DNA of 34,799 nt from Actinomycetes bacterium (GCA_025455945.1 JALOLN010000002.1:1-34799); one strand, 5' to 3'. Counted from the stretch's first letter, positions 1 to 8,743 are shown. Notes: generated by a model from the letters alone, not told the origin. Numbers and translations: made by a program.

Positions 1-8
1 CGCGGTCC

Positions 9-1370
9 TCACATGGAGGCGATGAGCTTGTCGACGCGGTCGTCGACGGCCCGGAACGGGTCCTTGCACAGGACCGTGCGCTGCGCCTGGTCGTTGAGCT
101 TCAGGTGCACCCAGTCGACGGTGAAGTCGCGGCGGCGCTCCTGGGCGCGGCGGATGAACTCCCCGCGCAGTCGGGCGCGGGTCGTCTGCGGCGGCACGGT
201 CTTGGCGCGGAACACCTCCATGTCACGGGTCACCCGCTCCACCTGGCCGTGCCGCTCGAGGAGGTAGTACAGCCCGCGCCGGCGGTTGACGTCGTGGTAG
301 GCGAGGTCCAGCTGGGCGATCCGCGGCGACGACAGCGCCAGGTCGTGCTTGTCCTGGTACCGCTCCACCAGCCGCAGCTTGATCACCCAGTCGATCTCCC
401 GGCCGACGAGGGAGAGGTCGCCGGTCTCGACGGCCCGCAGGGTGCGCTCCCACAGGTCCAGCACCCGGTGCACGGTCGGGTCGTCCAGGCCGCGGCGGGT
501 GACGAAGTCGCGGGCCTTCGAGCAGTACTCGCTCTGGATCTCCAGGGCGGAGACCTCCCGCCCGTTGGCCAGCCGGATGCGCCGACGTCCGGTGGGGTCG
601 TGGCTGATCTCGCGGATGGCCCGGATCGGGTTCTCCAGGGTGAGGTCGCGCATGACGACGCCCTGCTCGACCATGCGCAGCACCAGGTCGGCGCTGCCCA
701 CCTTGAGCAGGGTGGTCGGCTCGGCCATCGTGGAGTCGCCGACGATGACGTGCAGCCGGCGGTAGCGCTCGGCGTCCGCGTGCGGCTCGTCACGGGTGTT
801 GATGATCGGCCGGCTGCGGGTCGTCGCGCTGGACACGCCCTCCCAGATGTGCTCGGCGCGCTGGCTGAGGCAGTAGACGGCCCCGCGGGGGGTCTGCAGC
901 ACCTTGCCCGCCCCGCACACCAGCTGCCGGGTGACGAGGAACGGGATGAGGACGTCGGACAGCCGGGTGAAGTCCCCGGACCGGCTGACCAGGTAGTTCT
1001 CGTGACAGCCGTAGGAGTTCCCCGCCGAGTCGGTGTTGTTCTTGAACAGGTACACGTCGCCGGGGATGCCCTCCTCGTGCAGCCGTCGCTCGGCGTCGAC
1101 GAGCAGCCCCTCGAGGATCCGCTCGCCGGCCCGGTCGTGGACGACCAGCTCGGTCAGCTCGTCGCACTCCGGCGTCGCGTACTCCGGGTGGCTGCCGACG
1201 TCGAGGTAGAGCCGGGCGCCGTTGCGGAGGAACACGTTGCTGCTGCGGCCCCAGGAGACGACGCGGCGGAACAGGTAGCGGGCCACCTCGTCCGGGGAGA
1301 GCCGGCGCTGCCCGCGGAACGTGCAGGTCACGCCGTACTCGGTCTCCAGCCCGAAGATGCGGCGGTCCAC
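9..1370 (-). CDS. pafA: Pup--protein ligase PafA
   Basis: 453-aa ORF with a GTG start 4 nt after the prcA stop. N-terminus [14 protein letters not shown] and the [13 protein letters not shown] motif fit the Pup ligase/deamidase family. It is the shorter of the two paralogues in the window (453 vs 506 aa), which fits PafA rather than Dop. Confidence 0.93.
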   Translation of the reverse strand: MDRRIFGLETEYGVTCTFRGQRRLSPDEVARYLFRRVVSWGRSSNVFLRNGARLYLDVGSHPEYATPECDELTELVVHDRAGERILEGLLVDAERRLHEEGIPGDVYLFKNNTDSAGNSYGCHENYLVSRSGDFTRLSDVLIPFLVTRQLVCGAGKVLQTPRGAVYCLSQRAEHIWEGVSSATTRSRPIINTRDEPHADAERYRRLHVIVGDSTMAEPTTLLKVGSADLVLRMVEQGVVMRDLTLENPIRAIREISHDPTGRRRIRLANGREVSALEIQSEYCSKARDFVTRRGLDDPTVHRVLDLWERTLRAVETGDLSLVGREIDWVIKLRLVERYQDKHDLALSSPRIAQLDLAYHDVNRRRGLYYLLERHGQVERVTRDMEVFRAKTVPPQTTRARLRGEFIRRAQERRRDFTVDWVHLKLNDQAQRTVLCKDPFRAVDDRVDKLIASM

Positions 1371-1374
1371 GGGG

Positions 1375-2100
1375 TCAGGACCCGTTGTCGTCGGCCGCGG
1401 ACGCGGTCCCGGCGAGCAGCGCGGCGAGCCGCTCGCCGGTGAGGCGACGGAACTTGCGGGTCAGCGGCCGGGTGCGGTCGAGGACGGCGACCTCGAGCTG
1501 GCCACCGGGCAGCTCGCGGGCCTGCTCCCCGCCCTGCCCGGAAAGGACGGCGACGGCCAGCTGCAAGGCCCCGACCAGGTCCAGCCCGTCGGTGTAGCGC
1601 TCCCCGAGCGCCGTGGCGATCTGCTCCGCCTGCCCGCCCATGGACACGAACCCGTGCTCGTCACCCACCGAGCCGTCGAACGTGAGCCGGTACATCTGGT
1701 CGTCGGCAGCGCTGTCACCCACCTCGGCGACGACGATCTCGACCTCGTACGGCTTGGTCGTCTCGGTGAAGATCGTCCCCAGCGTCTGCGCGTAGGCGTT
1801 GGCGAGCCCGCGCCCGGTGACGTCGCGGCGGTCGTAGGAGTAGCCCCGCAGGTCGGCCAGCCGCACGCCGGCGACCCGCAGGTTCTCGAACTCGTTGTAC
1901 TTCCCGACCGCGGCGAAGGCGATCCGGTCGTAGATCTCGCTCACCTTGTGCAGGGCCCGCGACGGGTTCTCGGCGACGAAGAGGATCCCGTCGGCGTACT
2001 GCAGGACGACGACGCTGCGCCCGCGGGCGATGCCCTTGCGGGCGTAGTCGGCCTTGTCCTTGATGATCTGCTCGGGCGAGACGTAGAAGGGCATCGACAC
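1375..2100 (-). CDS. prcA: 20S proteasome alpha subunit
   Basis: 241 aa. The N-terminus [11 protein letters not shown]...[14 protein letters not shown] resembles actinobacterial PrcA. GTG start at 2100 with GAGGA about 10 nt upstream. Lies directly downstream of prcB. Confidence 0.93.
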   Translation of the reverse strand: MSMPFYVSPEQIIKDKADYARKGIARGRSVVVLQYADGILFVAENPSRALHKVSEIYDRIAFAAVGKYNEFENLRVAGVRLADLRGYSYDRRDVTGRGLANAYAQTLGTIFTETTKPYEVEIVVAEVGDSAADDQMYRLTFDGSVGDEHGFVSMGGQAEQIATALGERYTDGLDLVGALQLAVAVLSGQGGEQARELPGGQLEVAVLDRTRPLTRKFRRLTGERLAALLAGTASAADDNGS

Positions 2101-2134
2101 CGTAGGTGGTCCTCGCAGCTCGAAGGGGCGCCGG

Positions 2135-2977
2135 TCAGGGCAGCGGCACGGCAGAGGGGCCGTCGGGCCGGGCCATCCGGGCGGCCACCACCCGCTCGAC
2201 GAGAGCCCCGATCTCGTCGTCGGGCAGCCGGCGGTAGCCGTCCGGGCCGACCAGCGCGACGACCGGGAAGATCCGCCGGGCCAGATCGGGCCCGCCGGTC
2301 GCCGAGTCGTCGTCCGCGGCGTCGTACAGCGACTCCACGACCGCCGACACCGCCTGCTCCTGGTTCAGCTGGGGGCCGTAGAGCTTCTTCAGGGCCCCGC
2401 GGGCGAACATCGCCCCGGACCCGACGGCGTGGAAGGCGTGCTCCTCGTACCGGCCCCCGGTGACGTCGTAGGAGAAGATCCGGCCGGCCTCCTGCTCGAG
2501 GTCGAAGCCGGCGAACAGCGGCACCACGGCCAGGCCCTGCATGGCCAGGCCCAGGTTGGAGCGGATCAGGGTCGCCAGCCGGTTGGCCTTGCCGTCGAGG
2601 GACAGCGACGTCCCCTCGATCTTCTCGTAGTGCTCGAGCTCGACCTGGAACAGGCGCACCAGCTCGACCGCCAGGCCCGCCGTGCCGGCGATCCCGACCG
2701 CGGAGTACTCGTCGGCCGGGAAGACCTTCTCGATGTCCCGCTGGGCGATGACGTTGCCCATGGTCGCCCGCCGGTCGCCGGCCATGACGACCCCGCCGGA
2801 GAACGTGGCGGCCACGATGGTCGTCCCGTGCGGCGCCGCCACCGAACCGTCGGGCAGCGCCCGGCCCCCGGGCAGCAGCTCGGGGGCGTAGTCGTGCAGG
2901 AAGTCGGTGAACGAGGAGGTCCCCGGGGCCAGGAAGGCCGCCGGGAGCGCGCCGGAGCCCGGCCTGGGGTCGCTCAC
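2135..2977 (-). CDS. prcB: 20S proteasome beta subunit (51-aa propeptide, then catalytic Thr)
   Basis: The track ORF (389 aa) was trimmed to the GTG at 2977, which overlaps the pup stop (GTGA). The propeptide ends ...APHG|TTIVAATF, the conserved autoprocessing site that exposes Thr1. Confidence 0.9.
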   Translation of the reverse strand: MSDPRPGSGALPAAFLAPGTSSFTDFLHDYAPELLPGGRALPDGSVAAPHGTTIVAATFSGGVVMAGDRRATMGNVIAQRDIEKVFPADEYSAVGIAGTAGLAVELVRLFQVELEHYEKIEGTSLSLDGKANRLATLIRSNLGLAMQGLAVVPLFAGFDLEQEAGRIFSYDVTGGRYEEHAFHAVGSGAMFARGALKKLYGPQLNQEQAVSAVVESLYDAADDDSATGGPDLARRIFPVVALVGPDGYRRLPDDEIGALVERVVAARMARPDGPSAVPLP

Positions 2978-3192
2978 TGGCCACCCTTCTGCACGAACGA
3001 CTTCACGAACTCCTCGGAGTTCTGCTCCAGCACCTCGTCGATCTCGTCGAGGATCGCGTCCACGTCGGCGTCGAGCTCCGCCTTGCGTTCGGCGACCGCC
3101 GCCGACGCCGCCGCCTCCGGGGCGTCCTCGGTCTGCTCGCCGCGCCGGGCGGCCCGCTCCTGGCCGCCGGTATCCCGGTCCCTGCTCGTCAC
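2974..3192 (-). CDS. pup: Prokaryotic ubiquitin-like protein Pup (C-terminal GGQ)
   Basis: 72 aa, acidic and low in complexity, ending ...FVQKGGQ. GTG start with GGAGA 9 nt upstream. The stop overlaps the prcB start. Confidence 0.95.
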   Translation of the reverse strand: MTSRDRDTGGQERAARRGEQTEDAPEAAASAAVAERKAELDADVDAILDEIDEVLEQNSEEFVKSFVQKGGQ

Positions 3193-3225
3193 GGTGGTCT
3201 CCGATCGTCCGGACGTACAGCACTG

Positions 3226-3231
3226 AACCTA
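3226..3231 (-). promoter_or_regulatory. Candidate -10 box (TAGGTT) for the pup-prcB-prcA-pafA unit
   Basis: The minus strand reads cgTATAGGTTcag in the most AT-rich part of the 206-bp divergent spacer. This would give a leader of about 27 nt containing the GGAGA SD. Sequence pattern only. Confidence 0.3.
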
Positions 3232-3337
3232 TACGTCGGCAGACCGCACGGCCCGCTGAGCAGGTCCGGGGGATTGCCTTGCACGGACCCGACGCGCCGC
3301 GCACCGGCTACCGAGCGTTACCGCCGCTGGCGCCGTG

Positions 3338-3381
3338 TTAGCACTCGGTTAGTGGTCGGCTGGAGCGCTCTTAGCCACTGG
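3338..3381. promoter_or_regulatory. Phased TTAG boxes / dyad upstream of the redox operon (candidate operator or promoter)
   Basis: TTAGCACTCGG (3338), TTAGTGGTCGG (3349) and TTAGCCACTGG (3371) start 11 and 22 bp apart. AGTGG (3351-3355) and CCACT (3375-3379) form a dyad. The region lies 18-60 bp upstream of ATG 3399. Confidence 0.25.
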
Positions 3382-3398
3382 GGCGCGACCGTGGCCCC

Positions 3399-3866
3399 AT
3401 GAGACCACCCGCACCGGGGCGGCCCCGCCGGCCGGGCCGCCGTCGCGACCGGGCCCTGCGGCTCGTCGACACCCTCACCGCCGGCGCGGTCGCCGGCGCG
3501 ATCATCGCCACCGGCGCCGTCGCGACCGCGTTCGCGGACGCCGCGGCGCCGGCTCCGGGACCTGGGACCGCCGACCCCGCGGCCCCCACCGGCCCGGCGT
3601 CGACGGCCCGCCCGGGCGCTCTCCTGGCACCGACCACGCCACCTGCCGCCGTGCCCAGCCCGACGCGGACGCCGGCCCGGCCGCGGGCTACGGCGCCGGC
3701 TGCCGCCACCCGCACCAGTGCCCCCCGGCCGGCGAAGACGGTGGCGAAGCCCGCGGCGAAGGCGCCCGCGAGCCCGCGGAGCACCGCGCCGAAGCCCGCG
3801 CCGCCGCCGCCGGCTCCCCCGCCTCCGCCGCCACCGCAGCCGAGCGCCTCGACGGGCGGGTCGTGA
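3399..3866 (+). CDS. Hypothetical Pro/Ala-rich exported or membrane-anchored protein (Arg-rich N-terminus, one hydrophobic helix, disordered tail)
   Basis: 155 aa with strong GC3 bias in this frame. The N-terminus GRRRDRALRLVDTLTAGAVAGAIIATGAVATAFA|DAA looks like a signal or Tat-like peptide. The rest is P/A-rich and ends ...SASTGGS. The stop overlaps the apbE start (GTGA). No SD or -10 box is recognisable at the start. Confidence 0.55.
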   Translation: MRPPAPGRPRRPGRRRDRALRLVDTLTAGAVAGAIIATGAVATAFADAAAPAPGPGTADPAAPTGPASTARPGALLAPTTPPAAVPSPTRTPARPRATAPAAATRTSAPRPAKTVAKPAAKAPASPRSTAPKPAPPPPAPPPPPPPQPSASTGGS

Positions 3867-4846
3867 TGCCCGTCGGGCAGGTCGTGGACGCCGAGGCAGA
3901 CGTCGAGGCGGCCGAGGAGTGGCCGCTGTGGGGGGGCACCGCCAGGGTGGTGGTCCGCGTCCCGCAGGCCGACGCCGCCCGCGCGGCCGCGGACCGGCAC
4001 ACCGCCGTCGCGTCCGTCCGGGCAGTCGTCGCCGCCGTGGACTCCGCGTGCAGCCGGTTCCGTCCCGACTCCGAGGTGGTCCGGCTCGGCCGCGCCCGGG
4101 GGCGCGCGGTGCCGGTCTCGCCGGTGCTGGCCGACGCGGTCGCCGCGGCGCTGCGCGCGGCCAGGGTCACCGACGGCGCTGTCGACCCCACGATCGGCGC
4201 CGCGATGGTCGCCGCCGGATACGACCGCGACCTGGCCGTCCTGCCGCCGGACCGGCCGGCCGGGCTGGTCGCGGCCCGACGCCGGGCGGACTGGCGGGAC
4301 GTCTGTCTCGACCGGACCGCGGGGACGCTGCGGGTGCCCGACGGCGTCGTCCTGGACCTAGGCGCCACCGCCAAGGCCTGGGCCGCCGACCGCGCGGCCG
4401 CGGCGGCGCACGCCGCCACCGGCCGGCCCGTGCTGGTCGGCCTGTGCGGCGACCTGGCAGCCACCGGCACCCACTCGGGGACGCCATGGGTGGTCGGGGT
4501 GCGCGAGCGGCCGGAGGACGCCGACACGGCGTTGGTCGCCGTCGAGGACGGCGGGCTGGCGACGTCGACGACGAGATCCCGGCGCTGGCGGATGGCCGGC
4601 CGCCCGGTCCACCACCTGCTCGACCCGGTCACGGGCCTGCCGGTGCGCGAGGTGTGGCGGAGCGTCACGGTGGCCGCCGCCAGCTGCCTCGACGCGAACA
4701 CGGCGTCCACTGCCACGGTGGTCAAGGGCCCGGCCGGGGCCGGGTGGCTGGCGGCCACCGGGCTGCCCGCCCGGCTGGTCTCCGCCGACGGCAGGGTCGA
4801 GCTGCTCGGCGGCTGGCCCGCTGACGCCCAGGACCGGGTCGCATGA
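3863..4846 (+). CDS. apbE: FAD:protein FMN transferase (ApbE family), no signal peptide or lipobox
   Basis: 327 aa. ApbE-like blocks are present: VLDLGATAKAWAAD, LVGLCGDLA, GLATSTT..RRW, VHHLLDPVTGLP and SVTVAAASCLDANTAST. Start is GTG 3863 or ATG 3866. The N-terminus MMPVGQVVDAEADVEAAEE is acidic, not a signal peptide. Confidence 0.82.
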   Translation: MMPVGQVVDAEADVEAAEEWPLWGGTARVVVRVPQADAARAAADRHTAVASVRAVVAAVDSACSRFRPDSEVVRLGRARGRAVPVSPVLADAVAAALRAARVTDGAVDPTIGAAMVAAGYDRDLAVLPPDRPAGLVAARRRADWRDVCLDRTAGTLRVPDGVVLDLGATAKAWAADRAAAAAHAATGRPVLVGLCGDLAATGTHSGTPWVVGVRERPEDADTALVAVEDGGLATSTTRSRRWRMAGRPVHHLLDPVTGLPVREVWRSVTVAAASCLDANTASTATVVKGPAGAGWLAATGLPARLVSADGRVELLGGWPADAQDRVA

Positions 4847-5625
4847 GCGCCGGCGGGCCCAGCGCCCTGTTCGAGCTGTCGCTGGATCCGAAGCTCGCGT
4901 GGTACCTCACCCGGGCCAGCGGTCTGGTGCTGCTCGTCCTGCTCACGGTCGCCGTGCTCCTGGGCGTCGGCAGCCGACTGGGGGCGGCAGGCGGGCGGGT
5001 GCCGCGGTTCGTGGCCACGGACCTGCACCGGCGGATCAGTCTGCTCGCCACGGCCTTCCTCGGCCTGCACATCGCGACGTCGATTGCCGACAGCTGGGCG
5101 ACCATCACCTGGCTGGATGCGGTGGTCCCGTTCGTGGGCAGCTATCGACCGGTCTGGCTGGGCCTCGGCACGCTCGCCGTGGACCTGCTGCTGGCCGTCG
5201 TGGTGACCAGCCTGCTGCGCCACCGGCTCGGGCCGCGGTCCTGGCGAGCGGTCCACCTGCTCGCCTATGCCGCCTGGCCGGTCGCCGTCCTGCACGGGCT
5301 GGGCACCGGCTCGGACACCCAGCGGTCGTGGGTGCTCGTCCTCACCCTCGGCTGCGTCGGCGCCGTGCTGCTCGCGCTCGGCCGCCGCCTCCTTCCCCTC
5401 CCCCTCCCCCCTCATGCGCATCATGGGTCCCTTGAGGCGAATAGACCGCGTTCTCGCGCCCTTCACGGCGGGCTCGGGCGGGGCATGCGCTGGCTCGTCG
5501 CCGTCGTCGTGCTGCCGCTGGTCCCACTCGCCCTGGCTGCCTGGGCGCTTGACGGCCCGCTCGCCCCGGGGTGGGGCCAGCGCGCGGGGACACCGCCCCC
5601 GCCCGCGGCCGGGAGCGCGCCATGA
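4843..5625 (+). CDS. Ferric-reductase-like (FRD/MsrQ/NOX-type) di-haem transmembrane protein
   Basis: 260 aa and polytopic. It has two His pairs with NOX-type spacing: DLH-x13-H (HRRISLLATAFLGLH) and H-x12-H (HLLAYAAWPVAVLH). ATGA overlap with the apbE stop. Confidence 0.78.
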   Translation: MSAGGPSALFELSLDPKLAWYLTRASGLVLLVLLTVAVLLGVGSRLGAAGGRVPRFVATDLHRRISLLATAFLGLHIATSIADSWATITWLDAVVPFVGSYRPVWLGLGTLAVDLLLAVVVTSLLRHRLGPRSWRAVHLLAYAAWPVAVLHGLGTGSDTQRSWVLVLTLGCVGAVLLALGRRLLPLPLPPHAHHGSLEANRPRSRALHGGLGRGMRWLVAVVVLPLVPLALAAWALDGPLAPGWGQRAGTPPPPAAGSAP

Positions 5626-6992
5626 GCGTCCGGCCGGCCGAGCGGTCGCCGGCCGATGAGCGGGCGGTGGCGCCGTCGGTCCCGGGGCCCGGGCGGGTGC
5701 TACGCGGGCTGCGGGCGGACGGCGCCGCGCTGACCCTGGCCGAGCACCTGCGGGTGCACGGGCCGCTCATCGACCATGGCGGGCACCGGCGCGGCGAGCA
5801 CGCCGTCGTCGGGCTGGCCGAGGCGGCGGGCCTACGTGGCCGTGGTGGCGGCGGCTTCCCGCTGGCCGACAAGCTGCGCACGGTCGTGGGTGCGGCGGGC
5901 CACACCCGCCGTCCGGTCGTCGTCGTCAACGCGGCCGAGAGCGAGCCGGCGTCGCGCAAGGACGCCGTGCTGCTGACCCGGACACCGCACCTGGTGCTCG
6001 ACGGCGCCGCTCTCGCCGCGGCGGCGGTGGGCGCCAGGGACGTCGTCGTCTGGCTGCACCGCGGTGACGTCGCAGGCGCGCGGGCGGCACGGGCCGCGGT
6101 CGGGGAACGTGCAGCGACCGGCGTCCTCGGCGTCCGGCACCGGGTCGTGGAGGGTCCGCCGCGCTACGTCGCCGGTGAGGCCTCAGCCATCGCGGCACAC
6201 CTGTCGGGCGGCCCGGCGCGGCCGCGGGTCACCCCGCCCCGGGTCGCGCAGCGCGGGGTGCACGGCCGCCCGACGCTGGTCTCCAATGCCGAGACGCTGG
6301 CCCACCTCGCCCTCGTGGCGCGGCACGGCCCTGGCTGGTTCCGCGCGCTCGGCACCCCGGAGGAGCCGGGCACGACGCTGGTCACGGTGCTCGGCGCGGT
6401 CGGCGTGCCGGGCGTCGTCGAGGTGCCGGTGGGCACCCCGCTGGGCGCCGTGCTGGCCCCGACCGGAGGTCCCCCACCAGTCGGTGGCGCTGTGCTGGTC
6501 GGCGGGTACGCCGGCACCTGGCTGCCCGCTGACCGGGCGCTGCCGCTGCCCTGGTCCCAGGCCGGGCTGGCCGCCGCCGGCGGCACCCCCGGGGTCGGGC
6601 TGGTCGCCGTGCTGCCGGCGGACGCCTGCCCGGTGGCCGAGACCGCCCGGCTGGTCGGCTGGCTGGCCGGCGAGGGCGCCCAGCAGTGCGGCCCCTGCCT
6701 CAACGGGCTGCCCGCACTGGCGGGGGCCTGCCGGGCCCTGGCGGCCGGTCCGGCGTCCGATGCCGCGGCGGCACCCGGGCTGTTGCACCGCTGGGCCGGC
6801 ATGGTCGAGGGCCGCGGAGCCTGCCACCACCCGGATGGCGTCGCCGGGCTGGTCCGCTCCCTGCTCGCGGCGTTCCCCGATGAGGTCGCCCGGCACGCCG
6901 CCGGGCGGCCCTGCCCGGCCGCGGCGGTCACCGCGACGCGCTCGGTGCTGCCGCTGCCGCCGCCCGAGCCGGGGGGGCCGGCATGGCGCTGA
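5622..6992 (+). CDS. NuoF-like (complex I 51-kDa-type) NAD(P)H/FMN and Fe-S domain protein
   Basis: 456 aa counted from ATG 5622 (ATGA overlap with the upstream stop). It carries the glycine-rich loop GLRGRGGGGFPLADKL and a C-terminal Cys region QQCGPCLNG...GACRAL...GRGACHHPDG. Confidence 0.78.
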   Translation: MSVRPAERSPADERAVAPSVPGPGRVLRGLRADGAALTLAEHLRVHGPLIDHGGHRRGEHAVVGLAEAAGLRGRGGGGFPLADKLRTVVGAAGHTRRPVVVVNAAESEPASRKDAVLLTRTPHLVLDGAALAAAAVGARDVVVWLHRGDVAGARAARAAVGERAATGVLGVRHRVVEGPPRYVAGEASAIAAHLSGGPARPRVTPPRVAQRGVHGRPTLVSNAETLAHLALVARHGPGWFRALGTPEEPGTTLVTVLGAVGVPGVVEVPVGTPLGAVLAPTGGPPPVGGAVLVGGYAGTWLPADRALPLPWSQAGLAAAGGTPGVGLVAVLPADACPVAETARLVGWLAGEGAQQCGPCLNGLPALAGACRALAAGPASDAAAAPGLLHRWAGMVEGRGACHHPDGVAGLVRSLLAAFPDEVARHAAGRPCPAAAVTATRSVLPLPPPEPGGPAWR

Positions 6993-7210
6993 CCCGGGAG
7001 CAGCGGGAGGAGGACGGCGTCGTCCTCGCGGTCGACTGGACCCGCTGCAAGGGCCACGGTCTGTGCGCGGAGCTGCTCCCCGAGGACCTCGACCTCGACG
7101 ACTGGGGCTTTCCGATCGTCGCGGGCCGTGTCCCGCAGCGGCGCGTGCACCTGGCCGAGCGGGCCAGCGCCGCGTGCCCGGTCATGGCGCTGCGCCTGCG
7201 CCCCGCCTGA
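6983..7210 (+). CDS. Small single-cluster ferredoxin (CxxHxxC...CP, 3Fe-4S type)
   Basis: 75 aa with DWTRCKGHGLCAELLPE ... AACPVMA. The start overlaps the NuoF-like stop by 10 nt. Confidence 0.78.
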   Translation: MALTREQREEDGVVLAVDWTRCKGHGLCAELLPEDLDLDDWGFPIVAGRVPQRRVHLAERASAACPVMALRLRPA

Positions 7211-7216
7211 TGGCCG

Positions 7217-8737
7217 TCAGGCGGGGGGGCCGGTGAGCCGGTCGACGAGGTCGGCCGCGGTGGCGCAGCGATCGAGGAGCACCCCGACGTGCGCCCGGGT
7301 ACCGCGCAGCGGCTCGAGGGTGGGGACCCGCTGCAGCGCGGACCGGCCCGGCAGGTCGAAGATCACCGAGTCCCAGGAGGCAGCGGCCACGTGGGCGGCG
7401 TACCGGCGCAGGCACTCCCCCCGGAAGTACGCGCGGGTGTCCTGCGGCGGGGTGCCGACGGCGGTCCGGACCTCGGCCTCGGTCGTGATCCGCTCGATCC
7501 TGCCCCGGGCGACCAGCCGGTGGTACAGCCCCTTCTCCGGCCGGACGTCGGAGTACTGCAGGTCGACGGCCTGCAGCCGCGCGGAGTCCCAGTCCAGGCC
7601 GTCGCGGTCCCGGTAGGCCTGCAGCAGCTCGAGCTTGGCCACCCAGTCCAGCTCGCGGGACAGGCTCATCGGGTCGGTGGCCAGCCGGGTGAGCACCGAC
7701 TCCCAGCGGTCCAGGACGTCGGTGGTCTCGGCGTCCACGTCGGAGCCGAGGCGGTCCTCGACGTACTTACGGGCCTGCTCGAGGTACTCCATCTGCACCT
7801 GGACGCCGGTGAGCTGCCGGCCGTCCTTGAGCCGGACCAGGTGCCGCAGGCCGGGGTCGTGGGAGACCGCGTGCAGCTCGGCGACCGGTCGCCCGAGGGC
7901 GAGGTCGACGCCCTCCAGCCAGCCGTCCTCGATCATCGCGAGCACCAGGGACGTCGTGCCCAGCTTGAGGTAGGTGGACACCTCGGCGAGGTTGGCGTCG
8001 CCGATGATGACGTGCAGCCGCCGGTACTGGGTGGCGTCCGCGTGCGGCTCGTCGCGGGTGTTGATGATCGGCCGCTTCAGGGTCGTCTCCAGGCCCACCT
8101 CGACCTCGAAGAAGTCGGCCCGCTGGCTGATCTGGAAGCCGTGCCCGCTGCCGTCCTGCCCGATCCCGACCCGGCCGGAGCCGCAGACGACCTGGCGGGT
8201 CACGAGGAACGGGGTGAGGTGCCGCACGATGTCGGTGAAGGCGGTCGAGCGGCGCATGAGGTAGTTCTCGTGCGTGCCGTACGAGGCGCCCTTGTTGTCG
8301 GTGTTGTTCTTGTACAGCGTGATCGTCGCCGGCTGGGGCAGCTGTCGGGCCAGCTCCGCCGCCCGGGCCATGACCCGCTCCCCGGCGACGTCCCAGACCA
8401 CCGCTGCCCGGGGCCCGGTCACCTCCGGCGAGGAGTACTCCGGGTGCGCGTGGTCGACGTACAGCCGGGCGCCGTTGGTGAGGATGACGTTGGCCAGCCC
8501 CAGGTCCTCGTCGGTGAGCTGGCTGGGGTCGGCGAGGTCGCGGGAGAGGTCGAAGCCGCGGGCGTCCCGCAGCGGGTTCTCCTCCTCGAAGTCCCACCGC
8601 GGTCGACGGGTGGCCAGCTCGCCGTGGGCGTAGGCGTTGACGACCTGAGACGACGCCAGCATGGCGTTCGCCCCGGGCTGCCCGGGCACCGAGATGCCGT
8701 ACTCCGTCTCGATGCCCATGACGCGGCGCACGCTCAT
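7217..8737 (-). CDS. dop: Pup deamidase/depupylase Dop
   Basis: 506 aa with [19 protein letters not shown]... and [14 protein letters not shown]. It is the longer paralogue of pafA and lies just downstream of arc. Pup ends in Gln, so a deamidase is required. Confidence 0.93.
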   Translation of the reverse strand: MSVRRVMGIETEYGISVPGQPGANAMLASSQVVNAYAHGELATRRPRWDFEEENPLRDARGFDLSRDLADPSQLTDEDLGLANVILTNGARLYVDHAHPEYSSPEVTGPRAAVVWDVAGERVMARAAELARQLPQPATITLYKNNTDNKGASYGTHENYLMRRSTAFTDIVRHLTPFLVTRQVVCGSGRVGIGQDGSGHGFQISQRADFFEVEVGLETTLKRPIINTRDEPHADATQYRRLHVIIGDANLAEVSTYLKLGTTSLVLAMIEDGWLEGVDLALGRPVAELHAVSHDPGLRHLVRLKDGRQLTGVQVQMEYLEQARKYVEDRLGSDVDAETTDVLDRWESVLTRLATDPMSLSRELDWVAKLELLQAYRDRDGLDWDSARLQAVDLQYSDVRPEKGLYHRLVARGRIERITTEAEVRTAVGTPPQDTRAYFRGECLRRYAAHVAAASWDSVIFDLPGRSALQRVPTLEPLRGTRAHVGVLLDRCATAADLVDRLTGPPA

Positions 8738-8743
8738 GCTCCG

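Noticed and set aside
3371-4000. A 209-aa minus-strand ORF with a poly-Gly/Ala run, antisense to the Pro/Ala-rich gene.
   Set aside because: It is the reverse complement of a Pro/Ala-rich coding frame. It has no start context and no motifs. The plus-strand frame is part of a start/stop-overlap chain, so that frame is preferred.
775-8080. Near-identical short DNA strings shared by 783-800 and 8059-8076 (gtgttgatgatcggcc), which could look like dispersed repeats.
   Set aside because: They encode the conserved [11 protein letters not shown] motif of the paralogous PafA and Dop proteins. This is coding-sequence homology, not a repeat element.
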